From a phage, in the sequence record PX880100.1: DNA of 64,000 nucleotides; one strand, given 5' to 3'. How positions within the stretch are numbered: position 1 is the first letter of the stretch; each line of letters begins with the position of its first letter. Shown one piece after another: positions 43,432 through 52,143 of the stretch. A program made the translations under genes and the position numbers. The notes below the pieces were generated by a model, which was given only the letters and a program-made list of their open reading frames with translations, was not told the DNA's origin and ran no database searches.

Positions 43432-43637
43432 TGAGGATTACTTTTACAGAAAAGATTATGAGTAATGGTGTTATGATCATTACCGCATGGGACAGTAATC
43501 AGTGGTGTAGTGTTTCAGGTATTAAGCCTGAAGAACAAACACTAGAAAATATCTCAAAGATTAAGCGAAGAATGGCAGAACGTGCACGACTTCCAGGTGC
43601 ACCTAGAAATGGCAAACGTTCTGCTGTGAAATGTTAA
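43431..43637 (+). CDS. hypothetical protein (68 aa)
   Basis: ATG at 43431 overlapping the upstream TAA (TAATG); track lists a longer frame from 43410. Confidence 0.45.
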   Translation: MRITFTEKIMSNGVMIITAWDSNQWCSVSGIKPEEQTLENISKIKRRMAERARLPGAPRNGKRSAVKC

Positions 43638-43638
43638 T

Positions 43639-43715
43639 GCTTCGGTAGCTTAGCGATCTAAAGCACTCGGCTGATAACCGAGAGATCGGGGGTTTAAATC
43701 CCTCCCGGAGTACCA
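43639..43715 (+). tRNA. tRNA-Ile (anticodon GAU)
   Basis: Acceptor GCTTCGG/CCGGAGT, D-arm GCTT..AAGC, anticodon arm CTCGG-CTGATAA-CCGAG, T-arm GGGGG-TTTAAAT-CCCTC, encoded CCA. Confidence 0.8.
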
Positions 43716-43811
43716 AATTTAGGAATTAAGACTATGCGTCCAGGAAAGTTTAGAAAAGCTAATTGGTCTAAAGAGTATAAAGAATACTTACTTAGTCTAG
43801 TAAAACATAAC

Positions 43812-43887
43812 AGTTAGTTGGCAGAGTGGTTATGCACCTCCTTCATACGGAGCGACTACAGTGGTTCAAATCCACTACTAACTACCA
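43812..43887 (+). tRNA. tRNA-Met (anticodon CAU)
   Basis: Acceptor AGTTAGT/ACTAACT, anticodon loop TTCATAC, T-arm AGTGG-TTCAAAT-CCACT, encoded CCA. Confidence 0.7.
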
Positions 43888-43924
43888 TTAAAACAGCTAG
43901 AGATAGCTAAATATAGGAGCAATT

Positions 43925-44119
43925 ATGTTAACAGTTAAAATAATGTCCACTGATGGTGGTGAGCAGATTCATGTTGGTAAAAGCGTAGGGTTTAACCCCA
44001 GAAATAAAAGCATAGCTATTTCTGGAATAGATCAAGCAATCTTCTTAAAAGAAGATGAAGTAGCATACGTTATGAACCAAACCGGTAAGACAGTTTCTGT
44101 ATATCGTGGTAAACTATAG
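43925..44119 (+). CDS. hypothetical protein (64 aa)
   Basis: Track ORF with AGGAG RBS. Confidence 0.5.
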   Translation: MLTVKIMSTDGGEQIHVGKSVGFNPRNKSIAISGIDQAIFLKEDEVAYVMNQTGKTVSVYRGKL

Positions 44120-44161
44120 AGAATAAAGAGCTGAGCCAATTTCTAACATCAGGGAGATCTA

Positions 44162-44530
44162 ATGAAAGCATATCAAAATCTTAAATCTGGAGTAATCAAC
44201 CTCGTTCATGAAAATCAGATCATTCAACTATACTCCGATAACGGTGAACTTAAACAGAAAGTTCTAGTTGAAGACCTAGAAGGTATCACACCACAATTCG
44301 ATCCCGAAGCCTTCCGTGAGGTCAAAGTGGAAGTCGCCCCTCAAATCGAAGGTGGTCAACACCTAAACGTCAATGTGTTAAGCCGTGATCAGCTTTTGGA
44401 TGCGCAGAAACATCCTGAAAAATACCCTCAATTAACTATCCGTGTTTCAGGGTACGCTGTACGTTTTAACGCACTGACGCGTGAACAACAGAACGACGTT
44501 ATTAGTCGTACATTTACTCAGGCGATGTAA
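44162..44530 (+). CDS. autonomous glycyl-radical cofactor-like protein (GrcA/YfiD-like)
   Basis: 122 aa; C-terminal [31 protein letters not shown] closely resembles the glycyl-radical motif RVSGYAVRF of GrcA and pyruvate formate-lyase C-termini. Confidence 0.7.
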   Translation: MKAYQNLKSGVINLVHENQIIQLYSDNGELKQKVLVEDLEGITPQFDPEAFREVKVEVAPQIEGGQHLNVNVLSRDQLLDAQKHPEKYPQLTIRVSGYAVRFNALTREQQNDVISRTFTQAM

Positions 44531-44611
44531 TGGGGTTTGGATACGGTTTCTCCGAACTACGCAAGGTAGTCGAGCAAACTCCATTTATCTCTCAAGTTTT
44601 AGGAGAAATGT

Positions 44612-44926
44612 GTGGATCGAGCATTAAGACGTCATCACCGCCAACGTGTGAAGAACAACCGCAAGAAGTATTGGACAGTCTTTCCACATGAAGAAAGCCC
44701 TAAGCGGTTAGGTATTATCACTACTACTCCTTGCATCTGTTCTTGTTGGATGTGTGGGGACCCTCGCAAATACTATAAGAATAGTAAAGCAGGCATGAAA
44801 ATTTCGGAGATTAGAAAAATGGAAGCAATGATTATGGGCATCTCAAATGATGAATTTGATGGCTTTGTAGGATTCGGAGAAGGAATTAGCTCAGGCTGTT
44901 TCGAAGATGAACGCCCCGATCTGTAA
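44612..44926 (+). CDS. hypothetical protein (104 aa)
   Basis: Track ORF (GTG start) followed by a terminator. Confidence 0.45.
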   Translation: MDRALRRHHRQRVKNNRKKYWTVFPHEESPKRLGIITTTPCICSCWMCGDPRKYYKNSKAGMKISEIRKMEAMIMGISNDEFDGFVGFGEGISSGCFEDERPDL

Positions 44927-44934
44927 TTAATAAC

Positions 44935-44971
44935 AAACCCCAGCTATTGAATAAGTAGTCTGGGGTTTTTC
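44935..44971 (+). terminator. rho-independent terminator
   Basis: ACCCCAG...CTGGGGT hairpin followed by TTTTTCT; approximate. Confidence 0.6.
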
Positions 44972-45047
44972 TGTATACAGGTAAATAATCTATGTATAAT
45001 AAAATTCATCCACATTAGGTTAATTTAAAAGACTTAATGGAGGTAAT

Positions 45048-45395
45048 ATGAGCCGTACTTATCGTAAACAATCTGGTGATCAGTGGTGGAAGTCTAAAGA
45101 ACACTTCTCTCAAGAATATTCTTTCTTCAAAGAAAATGGCTACTGGATTCGTGTTATTTATGCCAAATCCTGGGACGACATCAAAAAAGAAATGAAGGAA
45201 GCAACCATTCGTAATGAGAAAAAGGATGGTTATAACTGGAATTCCATTAGTAAGAATGTTAAGTGGCACTCTAATAAAATGGTTCGTCAAGGGAATCGTC
45301 AAGAACTCCACCGCGTGATGAAAGATCCAGAAAATTACGATTATAATCGCGATCATGACATGCGTAAGCGTGGGTTATGGTGGTGCTATGACTAA
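45048..45395 (+). CDS. hypothetical protein (115 aa)
   Basis: Track ORF with GGAGG RBS. Confidence 0.5.
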   Translation: MSRTYRKQSGDQWWKSKEHFSQEYSFFKENGYWIRVIYAKSWDDIKKEMKEATIRNEKKDGYNWNSISKNVKWHSNKMVRQGNRQELHRVMKDPENYDYNRDHDMRKRGLWWCYD

Positions 45396-45412
45396 ATTCT
45401 GAAATAATTCAT

Positions 45413-45441
45413 TTGCTAAACCTCTCTTTTCTTGCTATAAT
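45413..45441 (+). promoter_or_regulatory. PN25-type early promoter
   Basis: TTGCTA, 17-bp spacer, TATAAT, then ATATTTATAAATTGATGAGAGAGG; approximate. Confidence 0.55.
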
Positions 45442-45471
45442 ATATTTATAAATTGATGAGAGAGGTTTGAA

Positions 45472-45753
45472 ATGAAAAATCGCCTAGACTGTGCCATTCA
45501 TGTTCTTGAACATGATGTTACTGGAACCTGTATGTCCTACCATGAAGCAGGTCGTTTAATTAAAGAACGTGTGGCAGATGTGTGCGGATTGAAGATTACT
45601 GCTGAGGAAGCTGATGATCTTTTAGGTCAAGCACTGGAGAAAACCGAAATGTTCCTCTGCGATTCTTGTTCTTGGTGGTGTGAAGCTCACGAACGTTCTT
45701 TCAACGATTATGATGTATGTCGTGATTGTAGTGGGGAGGATGAAGATGAATAA
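45472..45753 (+). CDS. hypothetical Cys-rich protein (93 aa)
   Basis: Track ORF; CDSCSWWC...CRDCSG cysteine pairs; acidic C-terminal tail GEDEDE. Confidence 0.5.
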   Translation: MKNRLDCAIHVLEHDVTGTCMSYHEAGRLIKERVADVCGLKITAEEADDLLGQALEKTEMFLCDSCSWWCEAHERSFNDYDVCRDCSGEDEDE

Positions 45754-46045
45754 GTTTATTATTGCACTGATGATCTCCGCAGTTAGTTTCGGTTCTCTGG
45801 CGTCTACCAAAGTTTCTATGAAAAATGGTAATGTTAAAGTCCAACAGAGCGGCATTATTACCGAGTATGGTAAAGTTCGTGATGTTAAAGAACGTAATGG
45901 TAAGGTAGAAATCTATACTAATAAAAACTTCTCTACTCCAGCCGTTACTATTAGCAAACGCGGTGAAATAACCACTCAACGTACTAATAGCTCCAGTTCT
46001 TTTACTTGTCGTTATGATTGCGACTTTGAAGGTGAAGATGAATAA
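45746..46045 (+). CDS. hypothetical secreted protein with signal peptide (99 aa)
   Basis: ATG at 45746 inside GAAGATGAATAA junction; N-terminal MNKFIIALMISAVSFGSLAS signal-like sequence; track frame extends upstream to 45680. Confidence 0.5.
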   Translation: MNKFIIALMISAVSFGSLASTKVSMKNGNVKVQQSGIITEYGKVRDVKERNGKVEIYTNKNFSTPAVTISKRGEITTQRTNSSSSFTCRYDCDFEGEDE

Positions 46046-46433
46046 TTTAGACCCTAGAATTAAATTTGCAATTACAGAAATCCAAGATCAAATTGATGAG
46101 GACTTCACTGTTTGGTCAAGGTCTGGTAATGGAGAATATTGCCAGCTTTATAGCATGAAAATGGGTATCTCAATTGAGCTTAATATCAACTCTGAAGGCA
46201 GAGTAGAAGCCCAACCCATGTTCAGTGTTCCAGGCTTCTCTGGATTTGTTGCAGGTATAAAATTGTGTCTACCAAATAACCATCTTCATCGAGTTATTTG
46301 TCAGCTAGAGACTATTAAGCATTTCTTGCCAGAAGATAACATTAATGACTACTACCACGAAGTTGTAGCAGCTCATATGATGAAAGAATCTAAACGTCGG
46401 AGAGAAGAACGTGAAAAGACTAAACATCAATAG
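46038..46433 (+). CDS. hypothetical protein (131 aa)
   Basis: ATG at 46038 inside a second GAAGATGAATAA junction; track frame starts at 46014. Confidence 0.5.
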   Translation: MNNLDPRIKFAITEIQDQIDEDFTVWSRSGNGEYCQLYSMKMGISIELNINSEGRVEAQPMFSVPGFSGFVAGIKLCLPNNHLHRVICQLETIKHFLPEDNINDYYHEVVAAHMMKESKRRREEREKTKHQ

Positions 46434-46707
46434 CACAGTGCAGATTCCAGCAACTAAGGATGTTTTAACATTCCTACGGAGTGAAAACGCTCAGTTTTGG
46501 CATGATCATGTTGTAAAGAACGGTAGTACTCCAGATGTAGTTGCCTTTGCTAAAAAACGTATCGAAGAATATAAAGATCCAGAGATTAAAGATGGGATGA
46601 TTACTATGCAATTGTGGGTAGCCATGAATACGTTTGGACCTACTATGAGTCTAGGAGTTACTCCACTGTTTACTAATATTCTAATTAATGAAAAGGATCT
46701 GAAATGA
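46411..46707 (+). CDS. hypothetical protein (98 aa)
   Basis: Track ORF overlapping neighbours. Confidence 0.45.
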   Translation: MKRLNINSTVQIPATKDVLTFLRSENAQFWHDHVVKNGSTPDVVAFAKKRIEEYKDPEIKDGMITMQLWVAMNTFGPTMSLGVTPLFTNILINEKDLK

Positions 46708-46988
46708 TTATCTCTCCATTTGCTCTTTGGTTCGTCATTGGATCTATAGTAGCTATTTACAGCTTGGTTGATGATCTGTATATTTCTAAGAATAAAGATG
46801 TAATATTATACGTTATACATAAAACTCGACCGTTAGATCTGCCTCCTCTTGATGATAAAACATTACTCAGATGTGCTAGATCTATGATATTTATTGTGGA
46901 TATTCTTCTAGGCCCAACATCTGTATTTTTCTTTTATAGAAAGACTCGTAATATGAAAAAATTTAAAGCTGAAATGCAGAATACCTAA
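46704..46988 (+). CDS. hypothetical membrane protein (94 aa)
   Basis: Track ORF; hydrophobic N-terminus ISPFALWFVIGSIVAIYSL. Confidence 0.45.
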   Translation: MIISPFALWFVIGSIVAIYSLVDDLYISKNKDVILYVIHKTRPLDLPPLDDKTLLRCARSMIFIVDILLGPTSVFFFYRKTRNMKKFKAEMQNT

Positions 46989-47098
46989 AGAACTCGCGTA
47001 GGACCGAGTTGCGTCACCTGCAGCTGTTACGGATAAGGGAGTCGTGCCCCTTAGTGCGGTAAGTGGTGAGGTGGCTGCTAGCCATAACTGGAGATAAT

Positions 47099-47443
47099 AT
47101 GACTACATTACTAATTCTTGTTACAACTTGGTTTTTAATCGGTGCTGGATATGCGATAGCTATTATTAGACATCTGGACGAATATTCTGCTGAATGGTTT
47201 GTTAAGTATCTACGTATTGATGATCAAGAACAGAAGTTTAAAGATGAAAAGCAGAAAAAAGCAGTAAATAATATGACAGCCAAAGAATGCTTGTTCTACA
47301 TGCGTATTGTAGGGTTCTTTGGACTATTAGTTGCTGGCCCAATTGGTTCTACCATTGCCCCGTATAAAGAAACAGTTGCTGACATCAAATTGTGGAGAAA
47401 TGCAGGGGTACTACGCAAAGCTAGAGAAACTAATATTACATAA
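47099..47443 (+). CDS. hypothetical membrane protein (114 aa)
   Basis: ATG at 47099 with GGAGATAAT RBS; two predicted TM segments; track frame starts at 47063. Confidence 0.5.
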   Translation: MTTLLILVTTWFLIGAGYAIAIIRHLDEYSAEWFVKYLRIDDQEQKFKDEKQKKAVNNMTAKECLFYMRIVGFFGLLVAGPIGSTIAPYKETVADIKLWRNAGVLRKARETNIT

Positions 47444-47538
47444 GATTGATATTAAAATCAACTTACTAGCAAAAGCAAATAATGACAAAGCCCAGCCTGC
47501 AAAGTTGCGACTGGGCTATTTTTATAATAAAATTTTAG

Positions 47539-47567
47539 TTGCTTAGATGCCCAAACTTTTGTATAAT
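47539..47567 (+). promoter_or_regulatory. early promoter
   Basis: TTGCTT, 17-bp spacer, TATAAT; approximate. Confidence 0.55.
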
Positions 47568-47598
47568 ATGTTTATAGATTGAGGCAAGAGGATTAAAT

Positions 47599-48297
47599 AT
47601 GAGGATTATTTCTAAGTTCGCCGATGTGTATGATTTGCAGAACAGTTTGTTAGACCCAGATCGTGTTTGGGAACGTAAAACTGAAGAGTTGCTGGTTAAA
47701 GTAACCGATGATGCAGAAAAGAACATTGTGCACACTCGCCAGGTATTTCGTGATGGTTCGCTATCTTTCCGTGGTGATTTCGAATATTTTGTAAACCCAC
47801 TATTTGTTGCAGGTGAAGTTTACTGGTTACACGAGCTATACTGCTGGCATCCAGCATTTAGCTTCAAAACGTTTAATCTCGACACTATGTTCGATAAAAT
47901 GGAAGAGATGGGATTGCATGCTCGTTCTTACTTAATGGATAAGAGTCGCGGAGATGTTCGTGAAACAATGCGTGATTTGCTCGCTGAAGCAAAACCTAAA
48001 GCAGAACGTATCTTATCCGAACTGCGTGTACCGATTGCATATGTGAAAGGTATTAAAAAGAACGATAACGATGATGTTCGTAACTTCGTGATTCAGACTA
48101 ACATTCGTTTCCATCAGTCAGGTATTCCGTGGCAGGAAATTGAAAGTAACTTATACCGTTTACACCAAGTTCTCGAACAGTATATCTTTGGAGTACTAGG
48201 AACTGGTGAGCCTGATATGATTAAAGTATCAGATAAAGACAGGTTAGCAGCGCATGGATTTGATACAAAAACTTCTTTCAGGAATATGGCACGGTAA
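47599..48297 (+). CDS. hypothetical protein (232 aa)
   Basis: Track ORF with AGAGGAT RBS. Confidence 0.5.
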   Translation: MRIISKFADVYDLQNSLLDPDRVWERKTEELLVKVTDDAEKNIVHTRQVFRDGSLSFRGDFEYFVNPLFVAGEVYWLHELYCWHPAFSFKTFNLDTMFDKMEEMGLHARSYLMDKSRGDVRETMRDLLAEAKPKAERILSELRVPIAYVKGIKKNDNDDVRNFVIQTNIRFHQSGIPWQEIESNLYRLHQVLEQYIFGVLGTGEPDMIKVSDKDRLAAHGFDTKTSFRNMAR

Positions 48298-48703
48298 GTG
48301 GTATATCCTGGGAGCAGGTCTAGCGATAGGCATCGGGTTTGGTACTTATCACTTAGTAGATAAAGTGGAGACTCTAGCAGGTGATCTTGCAGTAGCTACT
48401 AAAAAGATCTCTTCTCTAGAGACTTCGCTTAATAAGGTGAAAGCTGAAAGCGAACTTCGTGAGACTAGAATGAATCAGTATTTCACGATGAATAACATTT
48501 CGCAAACAGATCTAGACAAAAAGATTAAGCAGTTAGATAAAGCTCTTAGTCGACAAGATATTATAGCTGCAAAGCCTGGATTGGTAACATTAATTGCTAA
48601 AAAGCAGAGTAAAGAGTTCGAGGAAAGATTAGCGTGTTTAACTGGAAACTTGGAATACTGCTCGCAGCCGCAATCACAATCACAGGCTGTGCAGAAGAAA
48701 TAA
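48254..48703 (+). CDS. candidate i-spanin (TM anchor plus coiled coil)
   Basis: 149 aa; one N-terminal TM helix (WYILGAGLAIGIGFGTY) followed by helical, charged periplasmic-type sequence; lipoprotein gene embedded in its 3' end. Confidence 0.45.
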   Translation: MDLIQKLLSGIWHGKWYILGAGLAIGIGFGTYHLVDKVETLAGDLAVATKKISSLETSLNKVKAESELRETRMNQYFTMNNISQTDLDKKIKQLDKALSRQDIIAAKPGLVTLIAKKQSKEFEERLACLTGNLEYCSQPQSQSQAVQKK

Positions 48704-48987
48704 AACCAGAGCCATCTCATGAGTTAAAGCAAGCTCATGTAGACTGGCCTAAAGGACTTCAACCGTGTAGCTTTGACTTTAAGTTTGAAAAGAAATTAGC
48801 TACAAATGGAGAAGATGGCGTAGTAGTTGTTGTACCATATAAAGATTGGAATATGTTGGCAAAATGCCGTGAGGCAGAATATTCATATATTTCACGACTG
48901 ACTGGTATGGTTTGCTTCTATCGCCAAGATTTACAAGAAAAACGTTGCTTAGTTTACTATCCACCAATTAACAATAGGAAAGATTAA
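48634..48987 (+). CDS. candidate o-spanin (outer-membrane lipoprotein)
   Basis: 117 aa; GTG start with GAGGAAAG RBS inside the preceding gene; signal peptide with lipobox-like LAAAITITGC; stop overlaps dNMP kinase ATG. Confidence 0.45.
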   Translation: MFNWKLGILLAAAITITGCAEEIKPEPSHELKQAHVDWPKGLQPCSFDFKFEKKLATNGEDGVVVVVPYKDWNMLAKCREAEYSYISRLTGMVCFYRQDLQEKRCLVYYPPINNRKD

Positions 48988-49739
48988 TGTCAGTATTAGT
49001 CGGTTTACATGGTGAAGCTGGTTCGGGAAAAGATACCGTTGCAAAATTAATTATCGATTGGTGTAATGACACGTATCCAACGTGTTTATCCCGTCGTTAT
49101 AGTTTTGCTAAGCCCGTTTATGAACTTGCATCCGTAATCCTCGGTGTAACTCCAGAGTTTCTAGGAGAGCGCAGGGGAAAAGAGATTGACCAATGGTTTA
49201 CGGTCACACAATCTCAGTTGGAGCGAGCCAGGGATGTATGGTTTAAGTACGGTATCGATAAGTTCGAAGATTTCTCGTACGTTTGGCCTATTTTTGAGGA
49301 AAAATATCTTAATCCTCAACAACTTATATCAGAGAATAAAGAAGACGGTCTTTATAGTTTATTTATTTCTCCGAGAAAAATGTTACAGCTCGTAGGAACA
49401 GAGCTAGGAAGGCAGCTGGTGCATGAACGCATTTGGCTCATAATTCTGGAGCAATCCATCTCTAAAGACGACCCAGATGTCGCCGTAATAACAGATGTTA
49501 GATTCCCCAATGAAGGAGAGCTACTCAGAGAAACAAACCATTTAGATATGGATTCTTTGATAGTAAATGTAGTACCAGCTGAGCAGAAGTTCACTATTAA
49601 ATCAGATCATCCATCTGAAAGTGGTATTCCTGCAAAATATATTACTCACGAATTAGTTAATAAATTCGATGGTATCAATAACCTTAAACTAGAAGTTTAT
49701 AACTTCTGTGACTTAGAGCTAGAACCACTAGTTGGATAA
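48987..49739 (+). CDS. dnk: deoxynucleoside monophosphate kinase
   Basis: 250 aa; P-loop LVGLHGEAGSGKDT at the N-terminus. Confidence 0.7.
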   Translation: MSVLVGLHGEAGSGKDTVAKLIIDWCNDTYPTCLSRRYSFAKPVYELASVILGVTPEFLGERRGKEIDQWFTVTQSQLERARDVWFKYGIDKFEDFSYVWPIFEEKYLNPQQLISENKEDGLYSLFISPRKMLQLVGTELGRQLVHERIWLIILEQSISKDDPDVAVITDVRFPNEGELLRETNHLDMDSLIVNVVPAEQKFTIKSDHPSESGIPAKYITHELVNKFDGINNLKLEVYNFCDLELEPLVG

Positions 49740-49751
49740 TCAAGGATCGCT

Positions 49752-50351
49752 ATGACTAATAAAAAAGAAGAAAAGACTAACCTGTTTCACTCCATTCGCC
49801 AATCTAATGAGTATACCTTTTTCTTTGATGAAGAATTAGGCCCGCCGGATGAATACCGTGATTTATCAATGGTACTTATGCAGGCAAATGAGGACGACGA
49901 AATTAATCTGATGATTAATGGCCCAGGTGGTTATGTTGATACTGCTGCACAGTTATCTAACTTAATTGCTAATTGCCGTGGAACAGTTATAGGGCATCTG
50001 GTTGGTCCTAGTGCTTCTGCTTACTGTACAATTTTCCTATCCTGTCATGGATGGGTAGTACATCCACATGCTACGCTAATGGGACACACGTTCTCTGGCG
50101 GATTCTGTGAGAAGGGTCAAGAAATCAAGAAAGCCTATGAATCTTACAACAAGTTCGTAGAAGATATGATGCTAGATGTCTACTATCCGTTCTTCTCAAT
50201 AGACGAAATCGACGAGATGGTAAAAGACAACAAAAATATCTATCTAGATAGCAAAGAAATCCATAAGCGTATTGAAATCTTGGCGAAATATCGATCTGAG
50301 CAGTATAATAAAGCCCAGTTACCTCAATCCGAGGAGTATAACGAAGAGTAA
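49752..50351 (+). CDS. ClpP-like serine peptidase (S14 family-like)
   Basis: 199 aa; INGPGGYVDTAAQ (cf. ClpP INSPGG), GPSASAYCTIF (catalytic Ser context), VVHPH (His). Confidence 0.55.
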   Translation: MTNKKEEKTNLFHSIRQSNEYTFFFDEELGPPDEYRDLSMVLMQANEDDEINLMINGPGGYVDTAAQLSNLIANCRGTVIGHLVGPSASAYCTIFLSCHGWVVHPHATLMGHTFSGGFCEKGQEIKKAYESYNKFVEDMMLDVYYPFFSIDEIDEMVKDNKNIYLDSKEIHKRIEILAKYRSEQYNKAQLPQSEEYNEE

Positions 50352-50360
50352 GTAGTTTTA

Positions 50361-50393
50361 AGCCAGGGTTTAACGACCCTGGCTTTTCTTTTA
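50361..50393 (+). terminator. rho-independent terminator
   Basis: AGCCAGGG...CCCTGGCT hairpin followed by TTTCTTTTAT; approximate. Confidence 0.6.
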
Positions 50394-50454
50394 TCTAAAA
50401 TTCTTCTTGACAACGACAAAATTTTGTGCTCCAAAGAAAATCTTTAAAAACACA

Positions 50455-50482
50455 TTGTAATTTTCCTCCAAAATTAGTATAA
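50455..50482 (+). promoter_or_regulatory. promoter for the holin-endolysin pair
   Basis: TTGTAA -35-like, 16-bp spacer, TATAAT; approximate. Confidence 0.45.
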
Positions 50483-50507
50483 TGGTACTGGTTAGAGGAG
50501 GTTACAA

Positions 50508-51164
50508 TTGGAAAAGTTCTTACAATTATTAACGGTACTGCTCCAAGAAGCGAAAGATCCAGCATCGCTTCTTAAACGTCTGCTAACTATCTTAGTTGCT
50601 GTCATTATTTTCTTATTTGTTAGTAATACTAGCGAGGTGATGTCATTCTTAAAGACTTTCTCCACGTCTGCGGTTCTACAGGATGTTCAAACTCAAAGGA
50701 TAGATAACTTTCCTAATGTAGCTAGAGAAAAGAGCATGGTACTCTTTTCTCAAACGGGTGCGGATGCTGTTTTTGTAGTCAAGTATAAACCCGATGCCAT
50801 TAATGATTATTCTAACATTATTGCATGGGAAAGCAATGCGCAATTAGATAGGGCTGACTTGGCCGATAAAGCAGTAAATAAAACGTCTGAGCTATACAGA
50901 CGTCACTTAGAGGGCTTTAACTACGCATCGGATTTAAGTGTAAGAGTAAATAAATATACGGGGTTAAATATACCTGCGTTTAAGAATGTTACTTTTAATT
51001 ACATATACACTTGTCCATATTTCAATCTAAACAATATCTATGCTGGATATATTGGTATTGCTTGGAAAGATAATCCTGTAGATGCAGCCGATTCTGAGAA
51101 ATTCAAGGAATATTTAACAAAGCTCTGTTCCCCACAACAGAGATCTTTAGGTAGATCAATATGA
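50508..51164 (+). CDS. holin-like membrane protein
   Basis: 218 aa; TTG start after GAGGAGG RBS; TM segment LLTILVAVIIFLFV; stop overlaps endolysin ATG (ATGA). Confidence 0.5.
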   Translation: MEKFLQLLTVLLQEAKDPASLLKRLLTILVAVIIFLFVSNTSEVMSFLKTFSTSAVLQDVQTQRIDNFPNVAREKSMVLFSQTGADAVFVVKYKPDAINDYSNIIAWESNAQLDRADLADKAVNKTSELYRRHLEGFNYASDLSVRVNKYTGLNIPAFKNVTFNYIYTCPYFNLNNIYAGYIGIAWKDNPVDAADSEKFKEYLTKLCSPQQRSLGRSI

Positions 51165-51574
51165 GTTTTAAATTTGGTAAAAACAGCGAAAAACAATTAG
51201 CTACCGTTAAGCCAGAGCTACAAAAAGTAGCTCGTAGAGCTTTAGAATTATCTCCATATGATTTCACGATCGTACAGGGTATTCGTACAGTAGCACAAAG
51301 TGCCCAGAATATTGCTAATGGTACCTCATTTTTAAAAGATCCTAGTAAAAGCAAGCATATTACTGGGGATGCGCTTGATTTTGCTCCATATATTAATGGC
51401 AAAATTGATTGGAATGACTTAGAAGCATTTTGGGCGGTTAAAAAGGCTTTTGAACAAGCGGGTAAAGAACTAGGTATTAAACTTCGTTTTGGTGCTGATT
51501 GGAATAACTCCGGAGACTATCACGATGAAATAAAACGTGGTACCTATGACGGCGGTCATGTCGAACTAGTTTAA
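51161..51574 (+). CDS. lys: endolysin, L-alanyl-D-glutamate peptidase (M15 family)
   Basis: 137 aa; zinc-ligand pattern SKHITGDALDF ... GDYHDEIKRGTYDGGHVE typical of M15/VanY-type peptidases. Confidence 0.8.
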   Translation: MSFKFGKNSEKQLATVKPELQKVARRALELSPYDFTIVQGIRTVAQSAQNIANGTSFLKDPSKSKHITGDALDFAPYINGKIDWNDLEAFWAVKKAFEQAGKELGIKLRFGADWNNSGDYHDEIKRGTYDGGHVELV

Positions 51575-51585
51575 TTAATAACTGA

Positions 51586-51608
51586 GGCGGGAATATTCCC
51601 GCCTTTTT
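51586..51608 (+). terminator. rho-independent terminator after endolysin
   Basis: GGCGGG-AATATT-CCCGCC hairpin followed by TTTTT. Confidence 0.65.
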
Positions 51609-51651
51609 AGGCAAAGGGGGCTTTAATAATTTTTGAAGATAGGAGAAAGCC

Positions 51652-52068
51652 ATGTTTGCAGAACTATTCACTATGATGCTGCTAGGTATCTGGAAAATAA
51701 GTCTAGTAGTATTCGTTTTAATGATAGTCTTCACTATCATTGCATTAACTACCCGAAATAGCTTATTAATAAAGGTTATTCACGGACTAGAGTATATAAT
51801 TATGGGTTCATTCGGCGTTTGTAAATGCAATTGCCATAGAGATACGAAATATTGTTGGTTATGGATGGAACTAGAGAATCCTATATCCATAGCTTTGGCT
51901 GTTTCATTCGGTATGATTCTTATGGCCCTTACTCTAGCATTAATACCTTTGATGTTAGCTGGGGGAGTTACAGCGTATTTCACCCTTTTCTCCCCGATAC
52001 TTATGTACTCAATTTACCCAGTAACTATGTATCTAGTTAGGAAAAAATTTATACATGCAGTAGATTAA
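51652..52068 (+). CDS. hypothetical multi-pass membrane protein (138 aa)
   Basis: Track ORF; several hydrophobic segments. Confidence 0.5.
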   Translation: MFAELFTMMLLGIWKISLVVFVLMIVFTIIALTTRNSLLIKVIHGLEYIIMGSFGVCKCNCHRDTKYCWLWMELENPISIALAVSFGMILMALTLALIPLMLAGGVTAYFTLFSPILMYSIYPVTMYLVRKKFIHAVD

Positions 52069-52081
52069 GATAAAAAAGTAG

Positions 52082-52110
52082 TTGACTTTTAGCCCTAGTT
52101 ATTATATAAT
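52082..52110 (+). promoter_or_regulatory. early promoter
   Basis: TTGACT, 17-bp spacer, TATAAT, then ATATACATAAATTAGTTAAGAGAGG; approximate. Confidence 0.55.
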
Positions 52111-52143
52111 ATATACATAAATTAGTTAAGAGAGGTATATATT

